Origin: Podarcis cretensis
Taxonomy: Eukaryota
Assembly: GCA_951804945.1 (NCBI GenBank)
Contig: OX638149.1
Span: forward strand, 95,294,001-95,358,000
Length of the DNA stretch: 64,000 nucleotides
Direction of reading: 5' to 3'
The position numbers and the translations under genes were made by a program. Positions 36,144-49,309 of the stretch are shown here, in pieces; the stretch's first letter is position 1; each line of letters begins with the position of its first letter. The notes under the pieces are model-generated. The model made no database searches. It was not told where the DNA came from and was given only the letters and a program-made list of their open reading frames with translations.

Positions 36144-39100
36144 GCTTACTATAATAAAATAAAAATTGTCTCCCCCACCAAAAACTAAATCTTTGCCATT
36201 TCAGCGTGGTAAAAACTGTTTTTAGTATACCTAAAATCCATTGCTTACTAGGGGCTACCCCACATTTTCTTCAAAAAAATTGCTTTGCCAAAGTAACTAC
36301 CATAAAGTTATCAAAATTTTCAAAAGTAGGGGGTCTGTGGCTTGGCTTTTGAAAAATAGGGGGTCCTCAGTAATTAGTTAATTGGGAACCACCGCCATAG
36401 ACTGTTGCTCTATGGAGAGAGGGCTTGCGGATCATTGGGAGTCCTTCATTTCCCATCAGTGTAGTCAAGCTGTTTTTAATTGTGGCTAGGTGTGATGACC
36501 CTAAAAGAGGCATGGACAGGCCTTGTGCTTTAAATGTTATTTCATACTTGATAGTGTGACCTTGTAGTTGTGCGAGCATTCTGCAGTCCCTGCATTACCT
36601 TGATTCGTTCATTGGAACACAGAGTGCTCAGTTTTCTGGATGTACTAGAGTGATAAAAAGTGCCTTGCTATAGATTACCGTATATTTGCAGCTTGCTGAA
36701 GAGTGGTGTAGTAACTGGCATGTTGGTTTGGAGTCAAACTACTCATAATGTGAGTGGTTTCCCAAGGTTTTCCCCTCCCACCAAAGCAGCTGCAATAAAC
36801 TTTTATCTGGCTTAATAGGGGGAGGGGGACTATGAGAAGTTGAAAGGGGAAATGCTTATCTGTTTTCCTGAAGGCCATTTTAAAAAAAATAGATCTCTCC
36901 TCCTCACCCCACAAAAAAAAAATGTTTTGCCTTGTAGGGGGAAATGTATGCATGCCTGTCTTTTCTTCCTTAAAGCAAATAGCAACTGGGTGAGGTAATT
37001 TTGATGAGACAAATGCCCCACAGGGAAGATGATAAGTGCCCCCCCCCCCGACATGAACCACAGCTATTCTGGTTGTAAACAAAACTACTTTGGCCATATT
37101 GAGACTCCAAGCATCACATGAAGTTTAACCCTAAGCATTGAGGCTGAAATCCACATGGGTTGGAGGGAACCCTTAAACTGTAGTCTAGTCACTTTGTCAT
37201 ATAACTTTTGAAGAAAGCAGTCTTGAGTATCTTCCATAATCAGAAGATAGAAAAGTGAATGATGTGGTTACACTTCTCTTGAAGGGAAATACAGTAAAAT
37301 GGTATACACGAGGAGGATTAAATCTCCAGAGTGAAGAAGAGCCTTTTACTGTGTTTCCTCCCTTAAATACATTTCCAGTAACCTGTATTATTAATTTCTT
37401 TTTAAGGCTTTTCCTAAGCTGAGATATCAGGCAGTGATATGGATTTTCTGAAATATATTGAGTTGGAAAATTTTCCGAAAATGTTTAGATCACTCTGGAA
37501 AATGATCTCATTTAGCAAGTTATTTTGCTTGTATTTGGGAAACAAAGCTTAAAACTTTTGAAACTGCCAGACTTATCTAGTATTACAACTGGTATCCATT
37601 CATTGCTAATGAGTTTAAGAAATGGAAATGTTTATGTGGAAGAACAGAGCACTGGAACATTTTTCCACCTCACGTCACTCAGATTGGTCGCCATAAGGTA
37701 ACTCCTCTGTGCTGTATTTTGAAGTAACCTTTACGGTTATTTGGAAGTCTGTTCTCACCGACTTTAATTTGAGTTGCTGATTGGCTCTAAGTGAATGATA
37801 AGGTATCAGAGGAGAATGACAAGATGTCTACTGTAGGTATTCTTAGGGATAAAGCGACTAGAGTGATACATCACTCAGCAGCAGTTCCTAAGGAGCCTTC
37901 AGCTGTCAGTTCTGGCTGACTTTCAGACAATAGTCTGCTTTATTGAGATAGCTACCTGCCTGATATTTACTGTCACTTCTCCGAGTTCAATTTAGCAACA
38001 CTTACTAATTTCACTGGATTTCTCTTGGTGCTTGATTGCCTTTATTCTTCTCCCCTCTGCTACACCTGTGAAGTTGATTAAACTTTGTTAATCCTAGTAG
38101 TTTGCTTTTAAAGCTCCATCTGCCCTTATAGAATTCAGGTGGCAAATATGCAAGTTGTATGCAATCTCCAGACTATGCATATTTCTGTAGTTTTTCCACA
38201 TAGTCAAAACTGGACAGTACCAGGGCCTAGAGTAGTCGAGGTCAAAGGAATCCATGGCAATGCCACATTGGGTCCAGAATTCTTTTGATTGGTGCCCAGT
38301 ACTCTAGGATTGGGCATATTAACGATATCTGCCTCCTCATTTAGCTATAGTACAGTTGGCGAACTTCAATGGCTTTGAAGGAAAAGGAATGGCCTGGGCA
38401 TTTGCATCCACCACATGCGAACAACTTCTGTCTTCACCCAAGGTCCAGTTCTGCTGAAGAACTGGCAGGATGAGTCTTTTCTGTCGGCCTCATTCCTCAC
38501 ATCATAAACGAAATGACACGGGGAGGTGTTCTTGGGTGTTCTTCTTGCTTCAGAGTATTATGCACCTTGCTTTAAAAACAACAGCCTGCCACCACCCAAA
38601 ATCTAGTCTTCAGGATAGGTGGGAAAGATTGCAAACCTAGTAAGAATGTATTTTAAAGCTGTTTTAAGATTTGGAGGATCTCTCTGTACTGCTTCAGATA
38701 TTTCTCTTTTCCTGTCTTGGAAAGGAATAGGAGAGAGAGAGAGAGAGAGAGGACCTCCAATGGCCTTCTAAGTGTGGCACACATAGCTTACAGTCTAAGT
38801 TTGGGGAGGAAATGCATATGTTTTCTCTACACATACTTACATTTGACAGTTTTGGTATTGTAAAGAAGGGTACCACTGATACTTTGATCTATCTTTGCCA
38901 CTCAAGTTTTTAAAGTTGACAGCAAGGAGAAATAACAGTCCAAAGTGTTTTCCATTTTTGAATCTTTGGCAATAAATTGTACACCAAGTAGAATTTCATA
39001 ATAACATGAAGTTATTGCAAAACATTACAATGAAGTGCTGAGCTTGTCAAATCCCTAGTCTGATCCAGCCTGCCGTTGTATTGTACTCTATAGGAGTGAG

Positions 39101-39537
39101 CTTAGCAAGAGAAAGGGATGGATTCTGCATTCCCTGGGGGAAAGGGTTGCTCCCTTCACCCACCGCTGCTTGTTCCTGAAGTAGCACAAAAATCTTGGGA
39201 GATTTCACAATATAGAAACAGGAGCCAAACTGCTCTTTTAATTATTCTTTGGCTCTTCTTTGTGACTAAGTGGTGGTCTTTAGAAGAACCCCTTCAGACA
39301 TACATTTTACCCATAATCCCAGAGCAGGTTATGTGCTTTGCCAGTCTGTTGCTGAGTGCTGCTGCCTTTTGTATGTCATGACCTCCCCTCAACCCTTCAT
39401 GCTCCTGTCATGTCCCTCCCCCCTCCCCCCGCTGCTTGTGCCCCATTGTGTGACCTCAAACTGCTAGCCTTTTGGCTTTCCTAGTTCCTTCTCATTCCTG
39501 CTAACCTGCTGTTCCTTTGCAAACTGGTGTCTTGCAG

Positions 39538-39633
39538 TCCTCCTCTTTGCTAGCTGCTCGACAGAGCATCTCCGATGTCCCAACTGCAGCGGATCTTGTC
39601 AGTGCAATAGAAAAACTGGTCAAAAGCAAGCTG
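39538..39633 (+). CDS. KALRN: KALRN exon (SSSLLAARQSISDVPTAADLVSAIEKLVKSKL), probable cassette
   Basis: cttgcag| acceptor, CTG|gtaagt donor; 96 nt, phase 0-0. Confidence 0.95.
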
Positions 39634-41600
39634 GTAAGTGTGAAGACCTAGGATCCCATGAAGAGAAACGTCCTAGTTGAGCAACACCGTAATTCAGCTG
39701 CTGGTCATATTGCTGACTATCCTCACCACTGAGTAGCTAATTGCAGTTCCATGCTGGTTCTATCGTCAACTAGTTGCTAGAGTTAAAGTGCAGTAAAACC
39801 ATTTTTATTTTTTATTTTTTGCAAATGACTTGATTCGTTGACATATTCCTGATAACATCAGCGGGCTATAGTATAGTCCCTAACATCTGTTACTTACCTG
39901 GTAAATTTCTAGGGGTGTGATTGCAGAACAAGTATTTTTCCTTTTAAAATGTTTTATTTCTTTTACAATATTCAGTCAAGTGCTATGCTGTGTCGAATCT
40001 GTCATTTTTGTGCTTGTTTTTTAAAAAACACTAGGCATATTAGAAGGTTGTTGTTTCATGTATCCCCTCCCCCCCCCCCAAAAAAAATGAGCCACTTTTG
40101 GAAAACTTGGTTCAAGGGCTGTTCAGTATATGGTTCATGAAGCAATATTTTCAATTTAATGTCCCACCTTAGTTGTAGACACTCCAGGTGGTTTACAGTA
40201 ATGAATACAGTAACAAATAATCCTAGGCAGCTTAATTCAGTTGGGCAAACTAAAGCTGCTATCTTATCTACCTTTGCTTGGGAGCATGTGCTGTACAACT
40301 CAGTGGGACATGTCAAAGGAACATGCATAAAATTGAGTTGTATTACTTAAATAAAGAAACAACTTCTTGGGTCAGACTTGCTTGTTGCATTATTACATCA
40401 CCTTTATCATAGCTAAGCTCCATTTTCATTTTCAGATGGAGGTTGATGTTTCTTTTTAAAATCTATCTATACTAGTAAGGTCAGCCATCTCTTAGTCCTG
40501 GATACAACTTGACTAGCTTACCATGGTTTAATTGGCTTGAGAACAGCACTTATGCCTTTGTGAACTCTTCTTCCTCTCTCCTTACCACCTACCCTTCCAT
40601 TGGTGATTTCAATGCTGATATTCTGACTTGGTAAATCACAGAATTCCATGACAGCTGATCTAGAAAACCAGTTTAAGCACTGCTTACTAGTAAGAATCTA
40701 ATATAGGAAATGGAAAGCTCATTTTGCAAATAGTTACATAAATTGCCATTCAGGCAATACACTTTGTACTTTTTTAGAATCCAAGATGCTGCGCTTCTGT
40801 GTCTTGAAATAAAAAAAATAAGAATTCAATCTCAGATGGGATAATGGTATTTCTGTTAAATGAAACAAGTTTTGTCTTGAGTGTTTTGTATACAGGAATA
40901 AATTAAATATTTAAATGGCTCATTTTAGCCAGCTTCTTCTAGTGTGATGTTAGGTATTACAAATCAGCAGCCCTCTTCCACTGTTGGTATCCCTCAGTTT
41001 CTTCCCTTCCTATTTTCCCCATTAAAACAAAAGGGAGAGATTTGGTTTTCTGCGCAAATGTGGAATAAGAACAAAATAGTTGCATGACCCCACAATCACC
41101 TATTTGCATCTGAGGGGAATCTACCTTTTACTGCGAATTAGGTATCATTTGGTTTGGGTCTAACCAAATCCATGATACCTGACTAGCCTAAAAGTGTGCC
41201 ACAGAGCAGATCTGCAGATGGGATGTACAAAACACTTAGGGGAAAAGTGGGGACCAGCTTCAGGAAGCACCCAGCACAGATATACTGTAACCTTTTAACA
41301 TTTATCCTATTCAGGAGGTCTTCAGAATATTTAGGAAAACTTTGGAATGAATGAGATGTTCTTAGCTTGTAAACTGCTGTACTGAATCAAGCCAGTTCTA
41401 TTCTTCTGTCTTCCCCCAATCAGCCTAAACAAATTAAATGTCACCGTGGGGTACATTTTAAGAAAAGTTAAGGGTCCCGTCCCCCCGCTTACTAATTATT
41501 GCAAATACAGATTCCCTGAGGAAGTAGCTATAGAAATAGCTATATAGTCAATCTGTTAAGATTTTCTGTTGAATCCTTTGGCTTTTTTCTTATTTTTAAG

Positions 41601-41734
41601 ACATTAGAAGGAGGCTCCTACCGGGGAAGCTTAAAGGATTCCACTGGATGCTTGAACGAAAATGTGACACCTTCAACTCCTCCTTCAAGAAACCTTGAAG
41701 AAGAACAAAAAGCCAAAGCTATGAGAGGCAGGAT
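41601..41734 (+). CDS. KALRN: KALRN exon (TLEGGSYRGSLKD...EEEQKAKAMRGRM)
   Basis: ttttaag| acceptor, AT|gtaagt donor; phase 0 to 2. Confidence 0.96.
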
Positions 41735-42326
41735 GTAAGTAAACTTTGGTTATTTTTTTTCAAGTCAGTATTTAAAATTTGTGTTTTTAATGCAGAAGAA
41801 TGCCCCTTATACATGACCTCAGAACCGGTGGATAAAGCCTATAGTGGTGAAGCTCTGGGCATTAGCCAGTAGGCTCCTTCAACAACTGACTTTGCTCTGA
41901 TTCAGAAGAAGTTATGCTGAAACCACAGAACCAATTAAAGCTCTCCCAGGAACAGTTTTATAAACCATGGTGATGGCATTCTTAAAACTAATTCCTCTGT
42001 TCTTAATATGTTATAGAGGTAATTCGCAGCTTGCGCTTGTAAACTTACATGATTGCAGTTTTGTGAAATTGAGGGGGGAATAAATAAATGGAGAGGGTAG
42101 GAAATCCACCATTCCCCGCTCCCCGTTTATTTAGTCCCCCATCCGCCACTGCCACCACCACACACAACTGCACTTGCAGGCTTGCCAAGCTTTGGGAAGA
42201 AGGCTCAAGGGTTCTGGCAGTGTCCTAGAGCCCTGGTGTGACCTTCCTAGAACCCAGCAAGCAGCCCTCCACTTTGAAGAGGCTCCTGGCTTTATGCATT
42301 TTGCGTTCACACTTGAACCTCTAGAA

Positions 42327-42462
42327 CAGGCTTCCTCAAACTCTGCCCTCCGGATGTTTTTGGCCTACAACTCTCATGATCCCTAGCTAGCAGGACCAGT
42401 GGTCAGGGATGATGGGAACTGTAGTCTCAAAACACCTGGAGGGCCGAGTTTGAGGAAGCCTG
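42327..42462. mobile_element. 136-bp palindromic hAT MITE
   Basis: TIR CAGGCTTCCTCAAACTC; perfect 8-bp TSD CTCTAGAA. Confidence 0.92.
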
Positions 42463-42830
42463 CTCTAGAACCAAGCCCTCTTGTAAGATGCAAGTTAACT
42501 GTATATGTCTTCACCCACTATTTCCAATAGAGCAACCAGTGACATTAAAGTATGTAATGAGAGTTGAAAGAAGTTGGTTGCTTTGGTGGCTTTGAATCCT
42601 CTTGTACCACCATATAATTTTATTTTTTTTACAGTGCATGCCTTTGGTGTGGGAATTGCCTGTTTATAATCAACCTGAGCTGCCCTGATATTGCCCGACT
42701 CAGATGAGAGTCTACTTAGTGAAAAGTCTACTACTACTACTTAGTCTACTAGTGAAAATAGTTGCTGACCATGTATACGTGACGTATATTTAACCTGGCT
42801 GCTACAATATGCTCCTCTTTTGAATTTTAG

Positions 42831-42897
42831 GTTTGTTTTAAATGAACTTGTACAGACAGAGAAGGACTATGTCAAAGACTTAGGAATTGTGGTGGAG
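42831..42897 (+). CDS. KALRN: KALRN exon, start of DH2 (FVLNELVQTEKDYVKDLGIVVE)
   Basis: ttttag| acceptor, GAG|gtgagt donor; DH conserved region 1 motif. Confidence 0.97.
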
Positions 42898-43189
42898 GTG
42901 AGTAAAATAATCTATATTGGGTATATATTCTTACTGTGGCTTCTCAAATTGAGTAATATTCTAACACTATAATTTTCATGAACCAAAACCAGATAATTTT
43001 ATCTGTCATCTGAGGGCACAGAAGAAATGTTTTAATGCTGTCTTTTTGCACTTCTTTCAGGTTTAATTGCTCCCTTCCATGGATATAGAATAAGTCTCAT
43101 TTGAATATGATGTGTATCTCAAAAATATAACAAAAATCTGGAATTTGAAATTTGCTTTTTTAAATTTATTTTTTATAATTTCCTTAAAG

Positions 43190-43293
43190 GGATTCATGAA
43201 AAGGATAGAAGAAAAAGGTGTTCCTGAAGACATGAAAGGGAAAGACAAGATAGTGTTCGGTAACATTCACCAGATCTATGACTGGCACAAAGA
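43190..43293 (+). CDS. KALRN: KALRN exon, DH2 ([34 protein letters not shown])
   Basis: ttaaag| acceptor, GA|gtaagt donor; phase 0 to 2. Confidence 0.97.
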
Positions 43294-44227
43294 GTAAGTC
43301 TGCAGTCAGCTTTTAACTGACTATTGCTAAAATGCATAGACTTCTTATATACATAGACATTTTACTTGGCCTGAACTACTATACTACATCCCCTCACCCT
43401 CTGGGAGAAGTTCATTGTGAGTTAATGTTCTATAGCTAGTAGCAGCAATCAGCATTTCATTCAGTGCCACAAGGTATGTGATTCTGAGCATTTGTTATAC
43501 CCCAAGAGGTCTCTTGCAAGCTTCAAGCAAAAACTCTAGCGTCTAGTGCCATAGATGTTAGTTGACTGAATATTATGACTTACAGGACACAGCACTGTTC
43601 TGGCCTCTTACTCTAGTATTGCCTCTTTTACTCAGTAATTGCTGAAATTATTTTTCTATGCCTCCCATTATTTGTTAGTTGCACCCATGATGAGGCTCTG
43701 TAAAATCCTTCATTTAAAATCAAATGAACATATGTTATTGGAGAATCTCAGGGTTGCAAATTGGTTGCAAAGATGAACTTTCGATGTATTATATGTGCAG
43801 AAAGGAAATAGTTAAAAAATGCAGGTGGTGGCAGGGATAAATTCCATGGAACAGAGATGTCTGATAATTGACTCCTGTTTTCACAACCTTTTCCTAAGAA
43901 TTATGGTCAATTATCCCTATTTCTTTGCAACAGGAAGACTGGACTGGGGCTATCTTCATTAACAGATGAACAGCAAGGTTCTCAGTATTCGGAGGAGGAT
44001 ATTGCATGCCAACGGATGGGCTTTTTATATTTACTAGTTCCTCATTTGCAATTAAATTCTCTTAACCATTAGCAGGATGATGCAGGCTAAGCTATTCAGA
44101 AGTAACCGATCTTATATGAGGGTAGTTTTATCTGTGATGCAAGACAAAATCAGATAAAACTATATAGTATGGTAGTGAAAAGTACTGAGAGAGACTTTGT
44201 GAATAGCTGTGTATTTTTTTATTGCAG

Positions 44228-44297
44228 TTTCTTTCTCGCTGAACTGGAAAAGTGCCTTCAAGAGCATGACCGTTTAGCACAGCTCTTCATCAAACAT
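44228..44297 (+). CDS. KALRN: KALRN exon, DH2 (FFLAELEKCLQEHDRLAQLFIKH)
   Basis: attgcag| acceptor, CAT|gtgagt donor; phase 2 to 0. Confidence 0.97.
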
Positions 44298-45497
44298 GTG
44301 AGTTACATGCTAGTCCTTTTAAAAAACGGAAAGAGCTCCTAAATATGTCCCTGTTGTACTGATTGGATATTTTAATTACACACACACACCCCCCAAATGA
44401 GGATAGGAATAATACCTGGATTTCCCTCAAGCCATAAAATGGGATGTTTGAGTGGAGTATTTATTTTACTTTTCCAGAATGAAAGTTATTTTCCTTCAAT
44501 ATCCACAAAATTGTCTTAACTAAAGCCATAATTGTAATAATATTGTGTTTTACTTAATTGCTTCTGTTAAAACTTGGCTGGAAATGTACCCACCACCCCA
44601 AATGCTGCTTCAAATACTGTTTAGCTGCTTACTTCCTGGCTACAACCTTTGTATATTTGTACAGGATGTGTGTCTTCAATAACAGAGCTAAACTAACACA
44701 GATGTATACCTCAGCAATTTCTAATAATACATTGCTTATTCAACAGTCTACTTTTTTTACACTTCAACTAGGATTATAGAACAAGTGCCTCCTTAGTAAT
44801 AGTTTGATGAGTTTGGACCTGGATTAATATCCTATATCAATCACATACTTGCTGGCTGGCTTTGAGCATGTCCTCATCTTTTGGCTTGAGGAAGTAATAA
44901 TAGTGTAAGGCCATTTGACGCAGGAGCCCATGAACTATCTCTTTGTATATTGAAGATTCTAGTTGACTGTACCACCTATTTGCTTTTGTACAGCCAATGA
45001 GCCAAGGAGCTCTGTTCCTGTCCTCTCAGCAGCAGCACTATGGCAGTGCCTAGCTGCTTCAGAAAGCTAACCGGAGAGATATGGAAGTTGCAGCAAAATG
45101 AAAGCAGCAGTGGCATGTGTGGCATGTTTCCTGACAAGCAATCATGCAGTCTTACCCTTCTTGAACAATTGCCTGAATCTGATGTCCACATGGGGCGACC
45201 CACTCACACATTATCTTTGGGAGGAACCAGGGTGCTTGTGCTTCGGGTTTAGGAACTGGACTTTAGTTTTATCTTGCTTTCCTCATTCTTTTTCCAAAAG
45301 TTGGTGTCTGTACACAGTCCTTTGATCAGGTGATAGTAGACAGTAAAATTAAAACAAGGAAAATAAATACTCCCTAAGACCGTCTGTGCTGTGGCTGACA
45401 AGAATAATTAAATTTGCTTTCTGTCACTGTCCATGCAGTGGTAAAAGCTTTAGTCTGGGCTTAGACTAAGAAAACTATGCAAATTTTGCTTTTACAG

Positions 45498-45584
45498 GAG
45501 AGGCGATTACACATGTATGTGGTGTACTGTCAAAACAAACCAAAATCTGAATATATAGTAGCGGAATGTGGTGCATATTTTGAG
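45498..45584 (+). CDS. KALRN: KALRN exon, DH2 ([29 protein letters not shown])
   Basis: tttacag| acceptor, GAG|gtaagg donor; YCQNKP motif. Confidence 0.97.
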
Positions 45585-46830
45585 GTAAGGTTTGGCCTTC
45601 ATTCCTTATTCATGTTGCAGCTTAAAATACACCTGACAGGATCTCTTCTCCCCTCTCATATTTGCACACACATTCCTACAGCTGTGTCAGCAAGCTTATC
45701 CCATTTGGATTAGTGGCTTTCCCCCTTTCTGTCTTTGCTTTCCAAGTAAATTCTGTCTTAGATTTAGCAGTGTGTTCTTTCTCGTGTGCCCCACCTGATT
45801 CCCTGTACATTTGTTGCTGGTAGGACCAGGCAGTTTGTGGGGGGCTGTCTTACTTACCTGTGGTATCAATTTTTTTGTTTGGTAAAGCATATTTATGCAA
45901 ATAGTAAGGGGTACGGCAAGCTCTTCACCTGCCACTTAGAGTCAAAGTTAGCTCTGAAAGAAAACAGGTGGAATAGATACAGATGAAAAGTTACGCCATA
46001 ATTAAATTAGTTCATTCTTAAAGTGCAAAAATACTCTTTATTAGAAAGTTTTGTCATTTACCTCATTGTTTTAACAGTTGCATGGATGATTGGCACATAT
46101 TGTAGCAGGTGTGAGGAACTGAGGGTGGGTGGGTGTGCTTGCACACACACATACAAATATGGAGAATGATACCAGAAGTTAAAGGAAGAGAGCAACCCCT
46201 CCATATTTTATGGTTCCTAAACCGTTTTATGAAAGGATTCCATTTATGTCTGTCTCAAGGTCTAGAAACTGCCTCAAATATTAAATTTAAAAATTCTAAC
46301 ATTTCTGCTTAAAATCCTTTTTTTTTTTAAAGCAACATTTCTGCCATGTAAGCTGTTAACAACTATTCGAGTTTCATTCCCTTTGGTTTGGGGGTTGTTT
46401 CATTCCATTTAATTGACAGATAGTGCCAGTATTCTTTCCAGAAAATTTTTGTACCCGTTTCTGAAGATGTTTCATGCTTGATACATTCACTTTAACCTCC
46501 TTTTCTGCCCACCCACCCACTCAACAAGAAGAGTAAAGGAAAATTATATTAATCTGTACAATACTAATCTTAATTGTTACGGGCCTATTGTAGTAACATT
46601 TGGACTAGTCTAACTGTTCGGTTTGGAAAGATGGGCTAGTCAACATGTCATAGATGACTATAATCTCAGGGAATTGACAGAAGGCATATGTTACAAAATT
46701 TTGCTAAAACTAAGTAACGCATAGTCTGGTCAGTGCTTGGATGGGGACCCCTTGAGTTTCCTTGGAAGAAAGACAAGATATAAATAAGGTTTTTTTTGTT
46801 TGTTGATATTGCCTACTTTTTGTTTTCTAG

Positions 46831-46923
46831 GAGGTGCAACAAGAAATAAACCAACGGCTAACTCTCAGTGACTTCTTAATAAAGCCCATTCAAAGAATAA
46901 CCAAGTACCAGCTGCTACTCAAG
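46831..46923 (+). CDS. KALRN: KALRN exon, DH2 conserved region 3 (EVQQEINQRLTLSDFLIKPIQRITKYQLLLK)
   Basis: ttctag| acceptor, AAG|gtgaaa donor; 93 nt. Confidence 0.97.
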
Positions 46924-47545
46924 GTGAAATATACCAGTGAATTGTTGTGTCTAGGAAAAAGGTTATCCAAATACCTGTATACTGATAATGGCAAAAAAAA
47001 AAACCAACCCAGTTGCTGTAGCAGGCTAAACCACAATGCTCCCTGGAGCATTGTATGTATACTGGAGCTTTACTTGTTTGTTTCCCCCCATACTGCATCA
47101 AAGCTATTGCAGTACAGGGAGCATGCACTGTGAAGGGTTGAGTGGATGGGGTGTTTTCCAGGTGCCCTATAGAGACCATTTAAATTTGAAATGTACGGTT
47201 TACATGTTCAGCATTCAAAAAGCCTTCAGATTCAATCATGCATAACAAAATTACTGTAGATCACAATAAAATTTGTAAATGCACACATTTTGTTTCAGTC
47301 TTGTGTTCTATTTGCTCATCAGTTAGGACCTTTATGTCTATAAATGGGTGGCACTTTTAAACCGCAGCATAGACTCACCTAAAGTTAGTGGTCTCATGTG
47401 TCTTTATTCCTTAACATCTCGGGAGGGTTTGGAACCTTGCCACGCAAAATCATTTCCACAAGTAAGCAAGTATGCTTTCAAAGGGGAAAATATCAATATG
47501 TATTCTTGTTAATTATTTTTAAGAGGATGTTTTTCATTCCTGTAG

Positions 47546-47596
47546 GATTTTCTAAAATACAGTGAAAAAGCTGGGCTGGAATGTTCAGAGACAGAG
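47546..47596 (+). CDS. KALRN: KALRN exon, DH2 (DFLKYSEKAGLECSETE)
   Basis: ctgtag| acceptor, GAG|gtatgg donor; 51 nt. Confidence 0.95.
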
Positions 47597-48952
47597 GTAT
47601 GGACTTTTATCTACTGTCTTTTCTCTTTTGTATTGTTTTTACTGAATGATTATAATGTGTTCATGTTGCAAGCTGGCTTGGGTGTTTGTATATTAACAGA
47701 AAGTCAAGATACCAAAAAAGTATATGAGTGATTTTCATATGGTGAAACCAGTAAGAAGAAGAAAAATGATTTTTTTATTGTTTACTCCCCTCCCCACCCC
47801 ACCTCCACTGCCTTTAAATACTTGCTTTTATGCTGTATTCATTTTCAATAATGTTTAATGTAAAATGTCAACTCGGGCTAAAATTAGTGAATGAAAATCT
47901 AGCCTTATGAGCAGCAAATTGAATATCCTTACTTTAGACTTTCCTTGCCCTCTTCCTTTGATCATCAAGGATAGTTGCAATTGACACAAGGTAACATTTG
48001 ATATGATGCATTAATTAAAAACACAGTTACAAATTTGGAAGACACAAGTTCGGATACCAGCCTAGAACTTGCAAAGGGTCTTTCAGTAGACCAAGATGTT
48101 GCTTGATGTCACTTCCATCGGTCCCAGGCAGCATCGCCCCCTCCAGGAGTTGTGATCCAACAGCTGGAGGGGACCGTGTTGGCTACCAAACAGTATTTGT
48201 TCAGATAATTTTATTGAAGTCCCTTTCAAGCATTCTCCACATGCTCACCTTTGTGTTGAATGGAGCTTTACTGCCCCTTCCTGCCATCAGTTCATGGGGG
48301 GGGGGCGGAGTCTGAAGTGGGGAGCTTTCTCTTTATGCATAGGTTCACTCTGTCCCATACTGCAGTAGTTGCCGATAATTAGATCAGTGGACACATTTTG
48401 AATTCTGAGAGAGTGCACCATGGGAGCATGGCATAACACAAAATTAGACAATACAATCAGATGGAGCTTTTCCCTCATCCACAGGTCTTGAACAGGAGTT
48501 CAAAATCCTTTTCCTATGTCCAAAACCAACCCTTCTGTAGCCCCACTTAAAGGCAGGCTGTGGAGCTATGGCTTCATCAGTGCTTGCATTTGGTAAAGTT
48601 AATGGGGCTTGCTGAGAGTTAATGGTCTCTAGATGGTTTGAGGCAAAGGCAGCTTCATATGACTGGCTTGCAAGGTAGTAATGGATTCAATTCCTGCCCC
48701 ACCTGTGGTTGGCTTCACTGAACCACTTTCACCCCACAGCCAAAACAAGGAAGGCTCTTCTTGCTCTGGTCACTTTGGGCATTTCCTGTGTACAGCAGGC
48801 ATCTACATGGGTGGGGATTGTGGTCAGTCCTTGGTGGCAATAATTGTGCCTGCTAGAATTATTTTGTAGGTGGATTTTTGGGTCACACTGTAGGTGTGAT
48901 GGGAAGCCATATTTGAAGTTCCACTGTCTAGCTGCTTTAGTAATTTGTTATT

Positions 48953-49024
48953 TTGTTGTTAAGTCTTTTAGTCATTTAGTCATGTCCGACTCTTCATGAC
49001 CCCATGGACCAGAGCACACCAGGC
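48953..49024 (-). mobile_element. Short RTE/Bov-B-like LINE 3' terminus
   Basis: GTCATGTCCGACTCTTCATGACCCCATGGAC with a (CAA)n-type tail on the minus strand. Confidence 0.65.
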
Positions 49025-49231
49025 AAAATAAGCATTGACCCTCTTGCTTGAGCGGTCTTGAGCTATTTGCTCCTCTGACATCTTTCTACAAGATGCCCAC
49101 TTTCAGACTCTGGCCTCTGTACCATGGATGGAAGGGTCAATACGTGGTTTGCCCTACCTTGAGTAGAGTAGCACACTAGATGCCCTTTCATTTCCTTCCA
49201 GTTCTGATTATGTATTGCCTCTCTCCAATAG

Positions 49232-49309
49232 AAAGCTGTGGAGCTGATGTGCCTTGTTCCTAAACGCTGCAATGACATGATGAACCTGGGTCGTCTTCAG
49301 GGCTTTGAG
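49232..49309 (+). CDS. KALRN: KALRN exon, end of DH2 (KAVELMCLVPKRCNDMMNLGRLQGFE)
   Basis: ccaatag| acceptor, GAG|gtagaa donor; 78 nt. Confidence 0.96.
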
